A DNA stretch of 64,000 nucleotides from Vicinamibacterales bacterium (lineage in GTDB: Bacteria; Acidobacteriota; Vicinamibacteria; Vicinamibacterales; SCN-69-37), in assembly GCA_040902895.1 (NCBI GenBank), contig JBBDWL010000056.1, forward strand, positions 16,482 through 80,481, in the 5' to 3' direction. The notes under the pieces were generated by a model. It made no database searches. It had not been told where the DNA came from and worked only from the letters and a program-made list of their open reading frames with translations. The stretch's first letter is position 1. Each line of letters starts with the position of its first letter. This document shows, piece by piece, positions 1 to 9,720 of this stretch. A program made the translations under genes and the position numbers.

Positions 1-1
1 C

Positions 2-1483
2 GCGCGGTTTCTCGACCGTACCGCGGCCCGGTTTGACGATGACCGGGAGGGACGCGTGGGCGTCGACGCGAAAGTCGTGGCGCGCGACGCGATGACGTTC
101 GACTTCACGGTGAATCCGGATTTCAGCCAGGTGGAATCGGACGAGCCGCAGGTCACCGTCAACCAGCGCTTCGAGGTGTTCTTTCCCGAGCGCCGGCCCT
201 TCTTCATCGAGAATGCCGGGTACTTTCAGACCCCCGTCACGTTGTTCTTCTCGCGCCGCATGCGCGATCCCCAGTTCGGCTCGCGCGCGACGGGCAAGAT
301 AGGCCGGTGGGCCGTCGGAGCGCTCGTTGCCGACGATCGCGCCCCGGGACAGGCGCTCGATCCCACCGATCCGTTCTTCAGCGATCGCACCTATAACGTG
401 GTCGGCCGCGCGCGGCGCGAGTTCGCGAACCAGAGCAGCATCGGCGCGCTCGTCACGTCGCGAGACTTCGGTCCTTCCTCGAATCGTGTCGGCTCGATTG
501 ACGCGCGCATCCGGCTCAACCCGCGCTGGTTCTTCACTGGACAGGCCGCGGTGAGTGATACAGAGACGCTTGCCGGCGAACATCAGCGCGACACCGCGTT
601 CTCCGCGTCGCTCGGCCGCGACACCCGCACGCTCGCCTACTCGCTGGTCTATCAGGACATCGGGCCTGACTTTCGCACGCAGCTCGGTTTCGTGCCGCGG
701 ACCGACATCAGGAAAGTCAACCAGTTCGTGGCGTACCGCTGGCGGCCTTCAAAAGGGCCGGTGCTTGCATTCGGGCCGAACTCGTTCCTGGATGTCACGT
801 GGAATCACGGCGGCGAGCTGCAGGATTGGGATGCGCGGTTTCCGTTTGAAGTAGCGTTTCGCCGGCAGAGCAGCGTGTCCGTGCGCCGCAGCGAGAGCAT
901 GACCCGCTTCGGCGGCACGAGATTCCGCCATCACGAGAACTTCGTGGTCGTCAACAGCAGCGCCCTGAGCTGGATGGACGCGTCCGCGGCGTACAGTCAG
1001 GGCACGCGGCCGAACTTCTTTCCCGCCGCGGGCGTGTCGCCGTTCCTCGCCGAGTACCGCGACATCCAGGCCGGGCTCACGCTGAGACCCATGTCGAGCC
1101 TGCTCATCGGCCAGTCGTACCTGCTCAGCCACCTCGCCGCAGGCGCCGGCAGCAGCCATCAGAGCCGCGTCTTCGACAACCACATCCTGCGCACGCGCGT
1201 GAACTACCAGTTCACGCGCGAGTTCTCGGCGCGCGCCATCCTCGACTACAACGGCATCTGGGCCAATCAGTCGCTCGTCGCACTCCATCAGGATCGCCGC
1301 TTCACGGCCGACCTGCTCTTCACCTATCTGTTGAATCCGGGAACGGCGGTGTATGTGGGCTACACCGACGGCTATGAAAACGTCGCGATCGACGATCTGG
1401 CTGGACTCCGGACGATTCGCCGGCCGACAACGTCGACAGGCAGACAGCTGTTCGTCAAGACCAGCTATCTACTCAGATTCTGA
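2..1483 (+). CDS. DUF5916-family outer-membrane protein (5' end lies outside window)
   Basis: The frame is open from the window edge, with no stop between 2 and 56. Motif VNPDFSQVESDEPQVTVNQRFEVFFPERRPFF is typical of DUF5916. The C-terminus ...SYLLRF ends in an aromatic residue, as in beta-barrel OMPs. Confidence 0.7.
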   Translation, partial: ARFLDRTAARFDDDREGRVGVDAKVVARDAMTFDFTVNPDFSQVESDEPQVTVNQRFEVFFPERRPFFIENAGYFQTPVTLFFSRRMRDPQFGSRATGKIGRWAVGALVADDRAPGQALDPTDPFFSDRTYNVVGRARREFANQSSIGALVTSRDFGPSSNRVGSIDARIRLNPRWFFTGQAAVSDTETLAGEHQRDTAFSASLGRDTRTLAYSLVYQDIGPDFRTQLGFVPRTDIRKVNQFVAYRWRPSKGPVLAFGPNSFLDVTWNHGGELQDWDARFPFEVAFRRQSSVSVRRSESMTRFGGTRFRHHENFVVVNSSALSWMDASAAYSQGTRPNFFPAAGVSPFLAEYRDIQAGLTLRPMSSLLIGQSYLLSHLAAGAGSSHQSRVFDNHILRTRVNYQFTREFSARAILDYNGIWANQSLVALHQDRRFTADLLFTYLLNPGTAVYVGYTDGYENVAIDDLAGLRTIRRPTTSTGRQLFVKTSYLLRF

Positions 1484-1510
1484 ACCGGTTCTTGCAACGG
1501 CCCGGCCGGC

Positions 1511-2275
1511 ATGCAGAATGACTTCGATTACGGCGTCCTGAGCCGCACGGCGCACCGGCCCTCGCCGATGCCCGATGAACCCTGGCTGATGACGCAGACC
1601 TGGCACGATCTGGCCTTCGTGCACTGGCCCGTGGATCAGCAGCAGCTACTGAGCGCGCTGCCGGCGGGAATCGAGCTGGACATCTTCGAAGGTCAGGCCT
1701 GGATCGGTCTCGTGCCGTTCCACATGACCAACGTCGCGCCGCGCGGCGTGCCGGCGCTGCCGTGGGTTTCGGCGTTTCCAGAGCTGAATGTCAGAACATA
1801 TGTCGTGGCCAAAGAGAGGCCTGGCGTGTACTTCTTCAGCCTCGATGCCGGCAATCCGGTTGCGGTCGGACTCGCGCGCTCGATGCTGCATCTTCCCTAT
1901 TATTCGGCGGTGATGAGCGTGACGCCGCGGCAGGACTGGTACGACTATCGAAGCCGCCGTGTCGGCGGGGACGGCATGCAGCCTGCGGAGCTCGATGCCA
2001 GCTACCGTCCGACCGGTCCCGTGTTCGAGCCGGCCGAAGGCACGCTCGAACATTTCCTCACCGAACGGTACTGCCTTTACACCGTTAATCCGGAGCACCG
2101 GCTGTTGCGCATCGACATTCACCACGCGCCATGGCCACTGCAGACTGGCGAGATCGTGCTCAACACCAACACCATGATCGAGCCTACCGGCGTGCGGCTG
2201 CCCGACATGGCGCCGCTGGTGCACTTCGCGAAACGTCAGGACATGGTGGCGTGGCGTTTGATGCAGGTCGCGTGA
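1511..2275 (+). CDS. DUF2071 (YqjF-like) domain protein
   Basis: ATG start at 1511. WHDLAFVHWPV...GQAWIGLVPFHM...ELNVRTYV resembles the DUF2071 family. Confidence 0.65.
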   Translation: MQNDFDYGVLSRTAHRPSPMPDEPWLMTQTWHDLAFVHWPVDQQQLLSALPAGIELDIFEGQAWIGLVPFHMTNVAPRGVPALPWVSAFPELNVRTYVVAKERPGVYFFSLDAGNPVAVGLARSMLHLPYYSAVMSVTPRQDWYDYRSRRVGGDGMQPAELDASYRPTGPVFEPAEGTLEHFLTERYCLYTVNPEHRLLRIDIHHAPWPLQTGEIVLNTNTMIEPTGVRLPDMAPLVHFAKRQDMVAWRLMQVA

Positions 2276-4735
2276 TCAGCCGCGGAGCGCAATCAAAGGA
2301 TCGACACGGGATGCGCGGCGCGCCGGCAGCGCGCACGCCGCCAGGCCCGCGGCGATCAGCACGACCACCGCGATCGAGAAAATCCTGACGTCGTTGGGCG
2401 CCACGAGAAACAGAAAGCTCTTCACCGTGAAGCTCAGATACCAGGCCGCCGCAGAGCCGGCGACGAGCCCCACGCCAATCAGCATGCCGGCATGTCGCAG
2501 CACCATGCGCACCACGTCGGCCGGCCGCGCGCCAAGAGCCATGCGCACCCCGATTTCCTGCGTGCGCTGCGCCACGACGTAGGCCATCACGCCGTACACG
2601 CCGGCTGACGCAATCAGGAGACCCAGCGCACCGAGCAGCGACAGCAGCGCCATGCTGAAGCGGCGCTGCGCAATCATGCGATCCATGTAGCCCTCGAGCG
2701 TGAACACGTCGCCTCGCAGGCGCTGCTCTTTGTTCACCGACCACACCGCCGCCTTCACGCCGGGCAAGACCTGCAGTGGATCGCGCGAGGTGCGAATCAC
2801 GAGGGCCGTGCTGGTCGTCTCGCCGAGCGGGACATACGCCTCCTGCCGCACCGGCGACTCGGGACCGAGGTGCCGGATGTCGCCGACGATGCCGACGACG
2901 ACACGCTCTTCGTCGTTGAGGGTGAACCGTTCGCCAAGCGCAGGCCTGCCCGGCCAGTACAGGCGCGCAGCCGCCTCGTTGATGACGGCGACCTTCTCGC
3001 TTCCTCCGCGATCATCGGCGTTGAGATACCGGCCCTGTCGCAGAGGCAGCTCCAGCATCTCGAGGTAACCCGGCGAGACGGATCGGAAGTCGAGATCCAG
3101 CCCGTCGCCTTCGAGCCTGCCGCGCCCGGGCAGCGAAATGACGTTCCGGTTCCAGCTTCCGGTAAGAGGGACGCCGCCGTTGACCGCGGCGACGTTCTCG
3201 ACGCCGGGGACGCGCCGGATGGCCGCCATCATGTCGTGGATGTACGGCACACCCTGCTTTGCCGCCTCGCGGATCATGCGGGTGCGCTCTTCGGGCGCCG
3301 CCGACGCGAGGCGCGCCACGTTGACCGGGATGCCGACGTTGATGGAGATCAGGTTCCGGTAATTGAACCCGGGATCGATCCGCATCAATTGCACGAAGCT
3401 GCCGGCGAAAAGTCCTGCGCCGACGAGCAGCAGCACGGCCAGCGCCACTTCGGCAACCACGAGCGCAGACCGGAGACGTCCGCCCTTCCCCGACGTCATG
3501 GAGCGGCCGCCGTCGCGCAGCGCATTCGTGATGTCGGGACGCGACGACTGCAGCGCCGGCAGCATGCCGAAGATCACGCCGGTCGCCAGCGCCGCACCCG
3601 CCGCGGCGAGCAGCACGCGGATGTCCATGCCGATCGACGTCACGCGCGGCAGGTTGGCCGGCAGCCAGGCCGTCAAGGCCGACACGCCGGCATACGCGGC
3701 CGCGACGCCGAACACGGCGCCGGTGCCCGAGAGCACCAGGCCTTCGATGACCAGTCCGCGCGCCAGACGCCAGCCGCTCGCGCCAAGCGCGGCGCGGATG
3801 CCCATCTCGCGCGCGCGCACGGTCGCGCGCGCGAGCATCAGGTTCGCAACGTTCGCGCAGGCAATCAGCAGCACGAGAATCACGGATCCGAGCAGCAGCA
3901 GCATCCACGATCGCACGCGGCCGACCAGATGATGATGCAGCGTCACGATGCGCGCGCGCCGGCCGTCGAACCATTTCGGGTGCGCGGCGTCGAGCCCCTG
4001 CATGATGCGGAGCATCTCATCCTGCGCCTGCGCGATCGTCACGCCCGGCTTCAACCGGCCGATCGCGAGCCAGTTGTAGCTGCGGCTCATGCGCGCACGC
4101 GATCTGTCCTCCTCGCGGATCGGCATCGGCACATAGAGTTCGGTCGGCTTCGGCGTTGCGACCGGATACTCGAAGCCTGGCGGCGTGACGCCGACGACCT
4201 CCCACGGCCCTTCGTTCAACTCGACCACCTTGCCGATCACATCCACCGCGCCGCCGTAGTGGCGCTGCCAGAAGCCGTGACTGAGAATCACCACACGATG
4301 CCGGCCATCGATCTCATCGTCTGCGCTGAACGCACGTCCGAGGGCCGGCATGACACGCAGCATCGGCAGGAACTCGTGCGAGAGGCGCTGCGCCGTGGCG
4401 TCGGCCGGTTCTCCGGCTTGCGTCTTCAATCGAAAGGTCGTCGAGCCGGTCGCGGCAAGCTGCGCGAAGGCCCGCTGTTCGGCGCGCCAGTCGAGGAAGG
4501 TCTGGATGGTCGTGGTGCCGCCGCCGAACGTCACCGGACGCTTCATGTCGTGCTCGAGGACGGCAACAAGCCGATCGTGCTCGTCGAATGGCAGCCCGCG
4601 CAGCACGACGGCGTCGACGACCGAGAAGACGGCCGTGGCCGCGCCGATGCCCAGCGTGAGCACCGAGAGCGCGACGAGCGTGAAGGTTGGCGACTGGCGG
4701 AGCGAGCGGAGGGCGGCACGCAGGTCTTCGCGCAT
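2276..4735 (-). CDS. ADOP-family duplicated FtsX/MacB-type permease
   Basis: 819 aa. N-terminus MREDLRAALRSLRQSPTFTLVALSVLTLGIGAATAVFSVVDAVVLRGLPF. It has two MacB_PCD-like periplasmic regions and two FtsX 4-TM blocks, ending in VDPLIALRG, typical of TIGR03434-type proteins. Confidence 0.9.
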   Translation of the reverse strand: MREDLRAALRSLRQSPTFTLVALSVLTLGIGAATAVFSVVDAVVLRGLPFDEHDRLVAVLEHDMKRPVTFGGGTTTIQTFLDWRAEQRAFAQLAATGSTTFRLKTQAGEPADATAQRLSHEFLPMLRVMPALGRAFSADDEIDGRHRVVILSHGFWQRHYGGAVDVIGKVVELNEGPWEVVGVTPPGFEYPVATPKPTELYVPMPIREEDRSRARMSRSYNWLAIGRLKPGVTIAQAQDEMLRIMQGLDAAHPKWFDGRRARIVTLHHHLVGRVRSWMLLLLGSVILVLLIACANVANLMLARATVRAREMGIRAALGASGWRLARGLVIEGLVLSGTGAVFGVAAAYAGVSALTAWLPANLPRVTSIGMDIRVLLAAAGAALATGVIFGMLPALQSSRPDITNALRDGGRSMTSGKGGRLRSALVVAEVALAVLLLVGAGLFAGSFVQLMRIDPGFNYRNLISINVGIPVNVARLASAAPEERTRMIREAAKQGVPYIHDMMAAIRRVPGVENVAAVNGGVPLTGSWNRNVISLPGRGRLEGDGLDLDFRSVSPGYLEMLELPLRQGRYLNADDRGGSEKVAVINEAAARLYWPGRPALGERFTLNDEERVVVGIVGDIRHLGPESPVRQEAYVPLGETTSTALVIRTSRDPLQVLPGVKAAVWSVNKEQRLRGDVFTLEGYMDRMIAQRRFSMALLSLLGALGLLIASAGVYGVMAYVVAQRTQEIGVRMALGARPADVVRMVLRHAGMLIGVGLVAGSAAAWYLSFTVKSFLFLVAPNDVRIFSIAVVVLIAAGLAACALPARRASRVDPLIALRG

Positions 4736-4771
4736 GGGTGTAAGACGATACCGCCGCGCGGCGCGTTGGCG

Positions 4772-5206
4772 TTAGAACGGGTTATCGGGGGAGGAGAGGT
4801 TCTGTTTCAGAAGGCTCATGACGCGCCGGTGGGCGAAGACCGCGTCGGGACTCTCCTGCAGCGCCATTTCATAGCGCTGGCCGAACGCCGACAGCACGTC
4901 GCGGCGCATGATGGTCGATCGAATTGCGTCGACCAATGCGGCGATCTCGTGGGGCGGCGACGCGTCGATCTCGAGCTCCTCGTCGATTCTGACGACCAGC
5001 GCGGAGATGCTCCGGAGCCATTCAAACCTGGGATGACTGAGCAGCAGCTGCAGCATGTCGCCGCTCGACTGTCGGCCGTGCTCGCCCTCATAGGCGGCAC
5101 GCTCCCAGTCGAGCAGCGTCTTGTGCAGCTCGAGAAGCGCGGGTCGAAGCTCGGCGAGCGCGCCGACGCCCGGTGTCGGGTCCTGCCGATCGGCCATCCT
5201 TCTCAA
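4772..5206 (-). CDS. hypothetical protein
   Basis: 144-aa ORF with protein-like, non-repetitive composition, located upstream of the ADOP permease on the same strand. No family recognised. Confidence 0.5.
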   Translation of the reverse strand: MRRMADRQDPTPGVGALAELRPALLELHKTLLDWERAAYEGEHGRQSSGDMLQLLLSHPRFEWLRSISALVVRIDEELEIDASPPHEIAALVDAIRSTIMRRDVLSAFGQRYEMALQESPDAVFAHRRVMSLLKQNLSSPDNPF

Positions 5207-5211
5207 GACTA

Positions 5212-5781
5212 CTAGCGATCGAGCCGCTGCAGAAGATCCTTCGCGCGCTCGAGATGCTGTTTCACTTCCGGCAGCGTCTTCGAGGCCCAGTCCTTGACGT
5301 CGGCGTGCTCGTCGTTCTTGTTCGCCTTGTTCTCGAGCGCATCGGCAGCATCCTCGTGCTCGTCGACCATTGCGTCGAGATACGCGCGATCGAACTCCGG
5401 CCCCGACAGCTTCGACAGCCGCTCGAACAGATCGTCGTGATCGTCGCGCGCGTCCGGTTTCGGCTCGACGTTGTGCCGCATCGCGATCCGCTTCAGCTCC
5501 GTGCCGGCGATCGTGTGCTTCTCGACCATCATCGCGCCAAAGGCCCTGACGTCGGCGCTCGCGCCGCGCTCCTGCGCGAGCCGCCCGAGTCTGACTTCCG
5601 CATCGCCGTCGGCGAGCTGCTGCTGCACCCAGCTGCGATCGACGTCGGCTGAAGTGCCTGCCGTGCCCGTCGTGCCGGCCGTGCCGGAGATGCGTTCGTC
5701 GGTCTTGTTGCTGTCACCGGCGCACGCCACGATCGCCGCCGACGTGACGAGCACGCCGAAATACTGCGTAAACCTCTTCAT
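5212..5781 (-). CDS. DUF4142 domain lipoprotein
   Basis: Start moved to the internal ATG (MKRFTQYFGVLVTSAAIVACAG, a lipobox-like signal). Repeated ...DVRAFGAMMVEKHT... and DRAYLDAMVDEHEDA motifs are typical of DUF4142. Confidence 0.75.
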   Translation of the reverse strand: MKRFTQYFGVLVTSAAIVACAGDSNKTDERISGTAGTTGTAGTSADVDRSWVQQQLADGDAEVRLGRLAQERGASADVRAFGAMMVEKHTIAGTELKRIAMRHNVEPKPDARDDHDDLFERLSKLSGPEFDRAYLDAMVDEHEDAADALENKANKNDEHADVKDWASKTLPEVKQHLERAKDLLQRLDR

Positions 5782-5899
5782 GTATGTGCTCCTCTCAAAA
5801 CCCGGAAAGCACTTGACGGCTGTGGTCTGCGCTACCACAGCCGTCTCAAAACCCGGCCTGAGGGGTTGCAACATCCAGACCCGGCTATTCTCTATAAGG

Positions 5900-6235
5900 A
5901 TGGGGCTGGTTTATTCGTCGGAAAAAGGACGCGTCTGTCCGAAGTGCGGCTGGCCCACGGACAACTGCCAGTGCAGTAATCCTCGCCCCGCTGCCGTTCC
6001 GGCTCGAGTGGTCGCCAAGCTGCGCATGGAAAAGAAGGGGCGCGGCGGCAAGACCGTCACGGTCGTGTATGACCTTCCTGAGAACGAAGCGTTTCTGAAG
6101 CAACTGTGTCAGGAGCTGAAACGCGCCTGCGGCACGGGTGGCGCGGTGACTGACGCGGGCGTCGAGATCCAGGGTGAGCAACGCGATCGCGTGCGCGCCC
6201 TGCTGCTCGAAAAGGGATGGACGGTTAAGGGCTGA
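5900..6235 (+). CDS. yciH: translation initiation factor SUI1/YciH family
   Basis: The 111-aa C-terminal part of track ORF 5471..6235, starting at ATG 5900: MGLVYSSEKGRVCPKCGWP...RMEKKGRGGKTVTVV...LKRACGTGG...IQGEQRDRV, the canonical SUI1 fold signature. Confidence 0.85.
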   Translation: MGLVYSSEKGRVCPKCGWPTDNCQCSNPRPAAVPARVVAKLRMEKKGRGGKTVTVVYDLPENEAFLKQLCQELKRACGTGGAVTDAGVEIQGEQRDRVRALLLEKGWTVKG

Positions 6236-7121
6236 CGAGGCGCGCGAGCAGCGGGCGGCGGTACTGCCACATCGCGATCGCGGCCAGTATGACGACGGTC
6301 GGCCACACGAACGGCAGCGTGCGCTCTCCGAATGTAATCGCGGCCATCACGGGCGGAGCAATCGGGCGCGGCAGCAGTTCATCGAGCGTCGGAGGCGGCG
6401 GCAGCTTTGTGGCGGCCGGCGCCAGCCGCTTCACCAGGTGCAGCGCCTCGTAATACGCCAGCCACGCCCGCGTGGGCACCACGTGAAACACCAGCTGCCG
6501 CGATTCGCCGATGAAATGCAGCGAGCCCTCATCCTGCAGGCGGCGCAGCACGTCGCGAATCTCGTATGCCGTGTCGAGCGGCGTGTTCACGAGGGCGATG
6601 TCGAAGGCCAGGCCCATCGCATGCGTCGGCACGTCGGTTCGCGCATTGCCGTTGGTGGCGCCAAGCGCGCGCTGATACTGCATGTGGCGCACGAGACTCG
6701 TGACTTCCACGGGACTCGACTTCACACGCGAGGCGATTTCATAGAGCAGGCCGAGCGCGGCCGGACGCGCGCCGAGATACGTGGCCTGATTGGCGAGATC
6801 CTTCTCGGCGATCGGATGCGCGCCCGCGAGCCGCGGCTCGACGTTGTATTCGAGCGGATCGTCCGGCAGCAGCGCGAGCTCGTGCTGCTCGATCGCCGCT
6901 TCGAGCTCCAGGCGATTGATGTACGCCGTGTGATCGACGAGCGGGCCATACTCCGCGCGCATGCGCCCGGCTGCGCGCCGGCTCTCGGAGCGCAGCTCAC
7001 CCATCATCATCTGCAACGCCTCGACGAACGCGGCGTCATCGGCAGCCGCCGGCCGGGCTGCCGCGGGCGCTGCAAGCAGAGAGAGGGCTATCGCCACCCG
7101 GGGAAGAAGGCCTCTTGTCAT
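6225..7121 (-). CDS. secreted LAS/peptidase-M15-like protein (putative)
   Basis: Signal peptide MTRGLLPRVAIALSLLAAPAAA. PTHAMGLAFDIAL matches the HxxGxAxD zinc-ligand motif of VanY/M15-type peptidases. The function is uncertain. Confidence 0.45.
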   Translation of the reverse strand: MTRGLLPRVAIALSLLAAPAAARPAAADDAAFVEALQMMMGELRSESRRAAGRMRAEYGPLVDHTAYINRLELEAAIEQHELALLPDDPLEYNVEPRLAGAHPIAEKDLANQATYLGARPAALGLLYEIASRVKSSPVEVTSLVRHMQYQRALGATNGNARTDVPTHAMGLAFDIALVNTPLDTAYEIRDVLRRLQDEGSLHFIGESRQLVFHVVPTRAWLAYYEALHLVKRLAPAATKLPPPPTLDELLPRPIAPPVMAAITFGERTLPFVWPTVVILAAIAMWQYRRPLLARLVSP

Positions 7122-7260
7122 CGTGGTAGATCCAGAATAGCGCCATGGTTATCTAAGTGCAAGAAACTAAAGGACTTATTGCACAGCTCTAAGCCCGGCC
7201 GTCTGCCGCCGTGCCTCATCCGGAAATGAAGGGGTATGAAACAATCGGGCGGTCAGCGCT

Positions 7261-7947
7261 ATGTTTACGAGTATTCAGGTCATCGGGCGGGGGCGTCTCG
7301 GCTCCGCGCTGGTCGAGCGGCTGCAGGCGCGGGGTCATGACGTGCGAGCGACGCCGGCGGAGCTTGTGGTGCTGTGTGTGCCAGACGCCGCGATCTCCGG
7401 CGTCGCGCAGGCGCTGGCTGAAGGGCCCTGGATCTGTCACATGAGTGGCGCGACACCGCTTGCTGCCTGCGCTCCGCACACCAAGCGGTTCAGCGTGCAT
7501 CCGCTGCAGACATTCCGGCGCGGTGGCGGCGCGGAACAGTTCGACGGAGCCTGGGCTGCAGTGACCGGCGAAAGTGCTGAGGCGCGCTCGAAGGCCGGCT
7601 GGCTTGCGGAAACGCTCGGGCTCACGTCATTCGCGCTCGACGATGAGATGCGCGGGCTGTATCACGCGGGCGCGGCGTTCGCGTCAAACTATCTGGTGAC
7701 GCTGCATGACGCCGCCGCGCGTGCGCTCGAAGCTGCGGGCGCGCCGCCCGAAGCGCTGATGCCACTGATGCGACGCACGATGGACAACGGATTCGAGCTG
7801 ACGGGACCAATCTCGCGCGGCGACTGGACGACCGTCGACGCGCACCTGCAGGCGCTCGCGCAACATCTGCCGGATCTCGAGCCGCTGTATCGCTCGCTCG
7901 CGGAGGCCACGGACCGGCGTCCGCCTCAGGACGGCCATCCGCTGTGA
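7261..7947 (+). CDS. Rossmann-fold plus DUF2520 domain protein (candidate ketopantoate reductase)
   Basis: N-terminal IQVIGRGRLGSAL dinucleotide-binding motif. The C-terminal YHAGAAFASNYLVTL...TGPISRGDW resembles DUF2520. The stop overlaps the panB start. Confidence 0.6.
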   Translation: MFTSIQVIGRGRLGSALVERLQARGHDVRATPAELVVLCVPDAAISGVAQALAEGPWICHMSGATPLAACAPHTKRFSVHPLQTFRRGGGAEQFDGAWAAVTGESAEARSKAGWLAETLGLTSFALDDEMRGLYHAGAAFASNYLVTLHDAAARALEAAGAPPEALMPLMRRTMDNGFELTGPISRGDWTTVDAHLQALAQHLPDLEPLYRSLAEATDRRPPQDGHPL

Positions 7948-8813
7948 CAGACGCGACATCGAAGCTGACGCTTGCCGACATCACGGCGACTGCTCGCCGC
8001 GGCGGACGCCTTGTCATGGTGACGGCGTACGACGCCTCGGCGGCGCGCCTTGCCGACGCCGCGGGCATCGACATCATCCTCGTCGGTGATTCCGCGGCGA
8101 TGACGGTGCTTGGGCACGATTCGACCCTTCCGGTCACGATGGACGAGATGCTGATGATGACGAGGGCGGTGACGCGCGTGACGCGGCGCGCCCTGGTTGT
8201 CGCCGACATGCCATTCGGTACCTATCAGCCGAGCGACGAACAGGCTGTGGCCAACGCGGTGCGGTTCGTGAAGGACGGCGGCGCCGACGCGGTGAAACTC
8301 GAAGGGGCCGGCCGCAGCCGCAGCCGCATCAGGGCGATTCGCGCCGCCGGTATCCCGGTCATGGGCCACGTCGGACTGACGCCGCAGTCGGTCGCTCTGC
8401 TCGGCGGCTATCGCGCGCAGGGCCGATCCGCCACGGATGCGCGCGGCATTTACGACGGCGCGCGAGGGCTGGAGCGCGCCGGGTGCTTCGCGGTGGTGCT
8501 CGAGGCGATCCCCGCCTCCATCGCGGCGCACATCACGAGCGCGCTGGCCATTCCGACGATCGGCATCGGCGCCGGTCCGTCGTGCGGCGGCCAGGTGCTG
8601 GTCTGGCACGATCTGCTTGGCCTGACGGAAGGCCATCTGCCCCGCTTCGTGAAACAGTACGCCTCGCTCTCGGCGACGATCCGCGAAGCGCTCGAAGCGT
8701 ATGCCGCCGACGTGCGCAGCGGCAGCTACCCGGAAGAGAAACACACCTACGGCATCACCGAGCCCGAGGCCGACGCGTTCGCCGCGGGGCTTCCTCACAA
8801 AGACGGCCGCTGA
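7944..8813 (+). CDS. panB: 3-methyl-2-oxobutanoate hydroxymethyltransferase
   Basis: VMVTAYDASAARLADAAGIDIILVGDSAAMTVLGHDSTLPVTMDEM...ADMPFGTYQ...VKLEG are classical PanB motifs. Confidence 0.93.
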   Translation: MTDATSKLTLADITATARRGGRLVMVTAYDASAARLADAAGIDIILVGDSAAMTVLGHDSTLPVTMDEMLMMTRAVTRVTRRALVVADMPFGTYQPSDEQAVANAVRFVKDGGADAVKLEGAGRSRSRIRAIRAAGIPVMGHVGLTPQSVALLGGYRAQGRSATDARGIYDGARGLERAGCFAVVLEAIPASIAAHITSALAIPTIGIGAGPSCGGQVLVWHDLLGLTEGHLPRFVKQYASLSATIREALEAYAADVRSGSYPEEKHTYGITEPEADAFAAGLPHKDGR

Positions 8814-8818
8814 AACGC

Positions 8819-9673
8819 ATGCTGCGTCTGCGCACGATTGCCGAGGTGCGATCGATCGTCGAGGGATGGAAACACGAGGGCCTCATGATTGGCCTCGTGC
8901 CCACGATGGGGGCGCTTCACGAAGGGCACCTGGCGCTGGTCGATCGTTCCCGCGCGCTGTCGGATCGCACCATCGTCAGCATCTTCGTGAATCCGACGCA
9001 GTTCGGCCCGGGGGAGGATTTCAGCCGGTATCCGCGGCAGGAAGACCGCGACTTCGCGCTGCTGGAGGCGCGCGGGTGCGACGCCGTGTTCAGCCCGGGC
9101 GTGGAAGAAATGTATCCGGACGCCGCCGGCGGCGCCGCGGACATCGCGACAACGGTCACCGTGGATGGCCTGAGCGATCGGCTCTGCGGCGTTCACAGGC
9201 CCGGTCACTTCAGCGGCGTCGCGACGGTCGTGCTGAAGCTTCTGCTGATCGTCTCACCGCACGTCGCGGTCTTCGGGGAAAAGGATTATCAGCAGCTTCA
9301 GGTGATCCGACGCATGGTGCGGGATCTGAACGTGCCGGTTGTCATCGAGGGCGTCGCGACCGTTCGCGAACCCGACGGTCTGGCGATGTCGTCACGCAAT
9401 GCCTACCTGGCGCCTGATCTGCGATCGAAAGCGCCGCTGCTGTATGCCACCCTGTCCTCCACGGCCGCCGCGATCAGGAATGGCGCCGATCCTGCCGGCG
9501 CAGTCGAGAAAGCCGCGACGCGGCTGCTCGAAGGCGGATTTCGATCGGTGGATTATGTGACGCTCGTGGACGGCCAGTCCCTCGAGACGTTACAGACTTT
9601 TTACGAGCCGGCGCGCCTGCTGGCGGCGGCCCGGCTGGGGACGACGCGATTGATCGACAGCGTCCCGGTGTAA
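8819..9673 (+). CDS. panC: pantoate--beta-alanine ligase
   Basis: Internal ATG at 8819 of track ORF 8483..9673: MLRLRTIAEVRSIVEGWKHEGLMIGLVPTMGALHEGHLALV...IFVNPTQFGPGEDF is the PanC signature. Confidence 0.93.
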   Translation: MLRLRTIAEVRSIVEGWKHEGLMIGLVPTMGALHEGHLALVDRSRALSDRTIVSIFVNPTQFGPGEDFSRYPRQEDRDFALLEARGCDAVFSPGVEEMYPDAAGGAADIATTVTVDGLSDRLCGVHRPGHFSGVATVVLKLLLIVSPHVAVFGEKDYQQLQVIRRMVRDLNVPVVIEGVATVREPDGLAMSSRNAYLAPDLRSKAPLLYATLSSTAAAIRNGADPAGAVEKAATRLLEGGFRSVDYVTLVDGQSLETLQTFYEPARLLAAARLGTTRLIDSVPV

Positions 9674-9720
9674 GATAGGCGCGCACTGCACAGTTTGACG
9701 CTTTTCCTCCTGGAGTTCCG

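Noticed and set aside
2870-5215. 781-aa plus-strand ORF, the second-longest ORF in the first 10 kb
   Set aside because: It is antisense to the well-recognised ADOP permease and to the 144-aa gene. Its translation is Arg/Ala/Gly/His-rich low complexity with no motifs. This is the typical shadow ORF of a high-GC genome.
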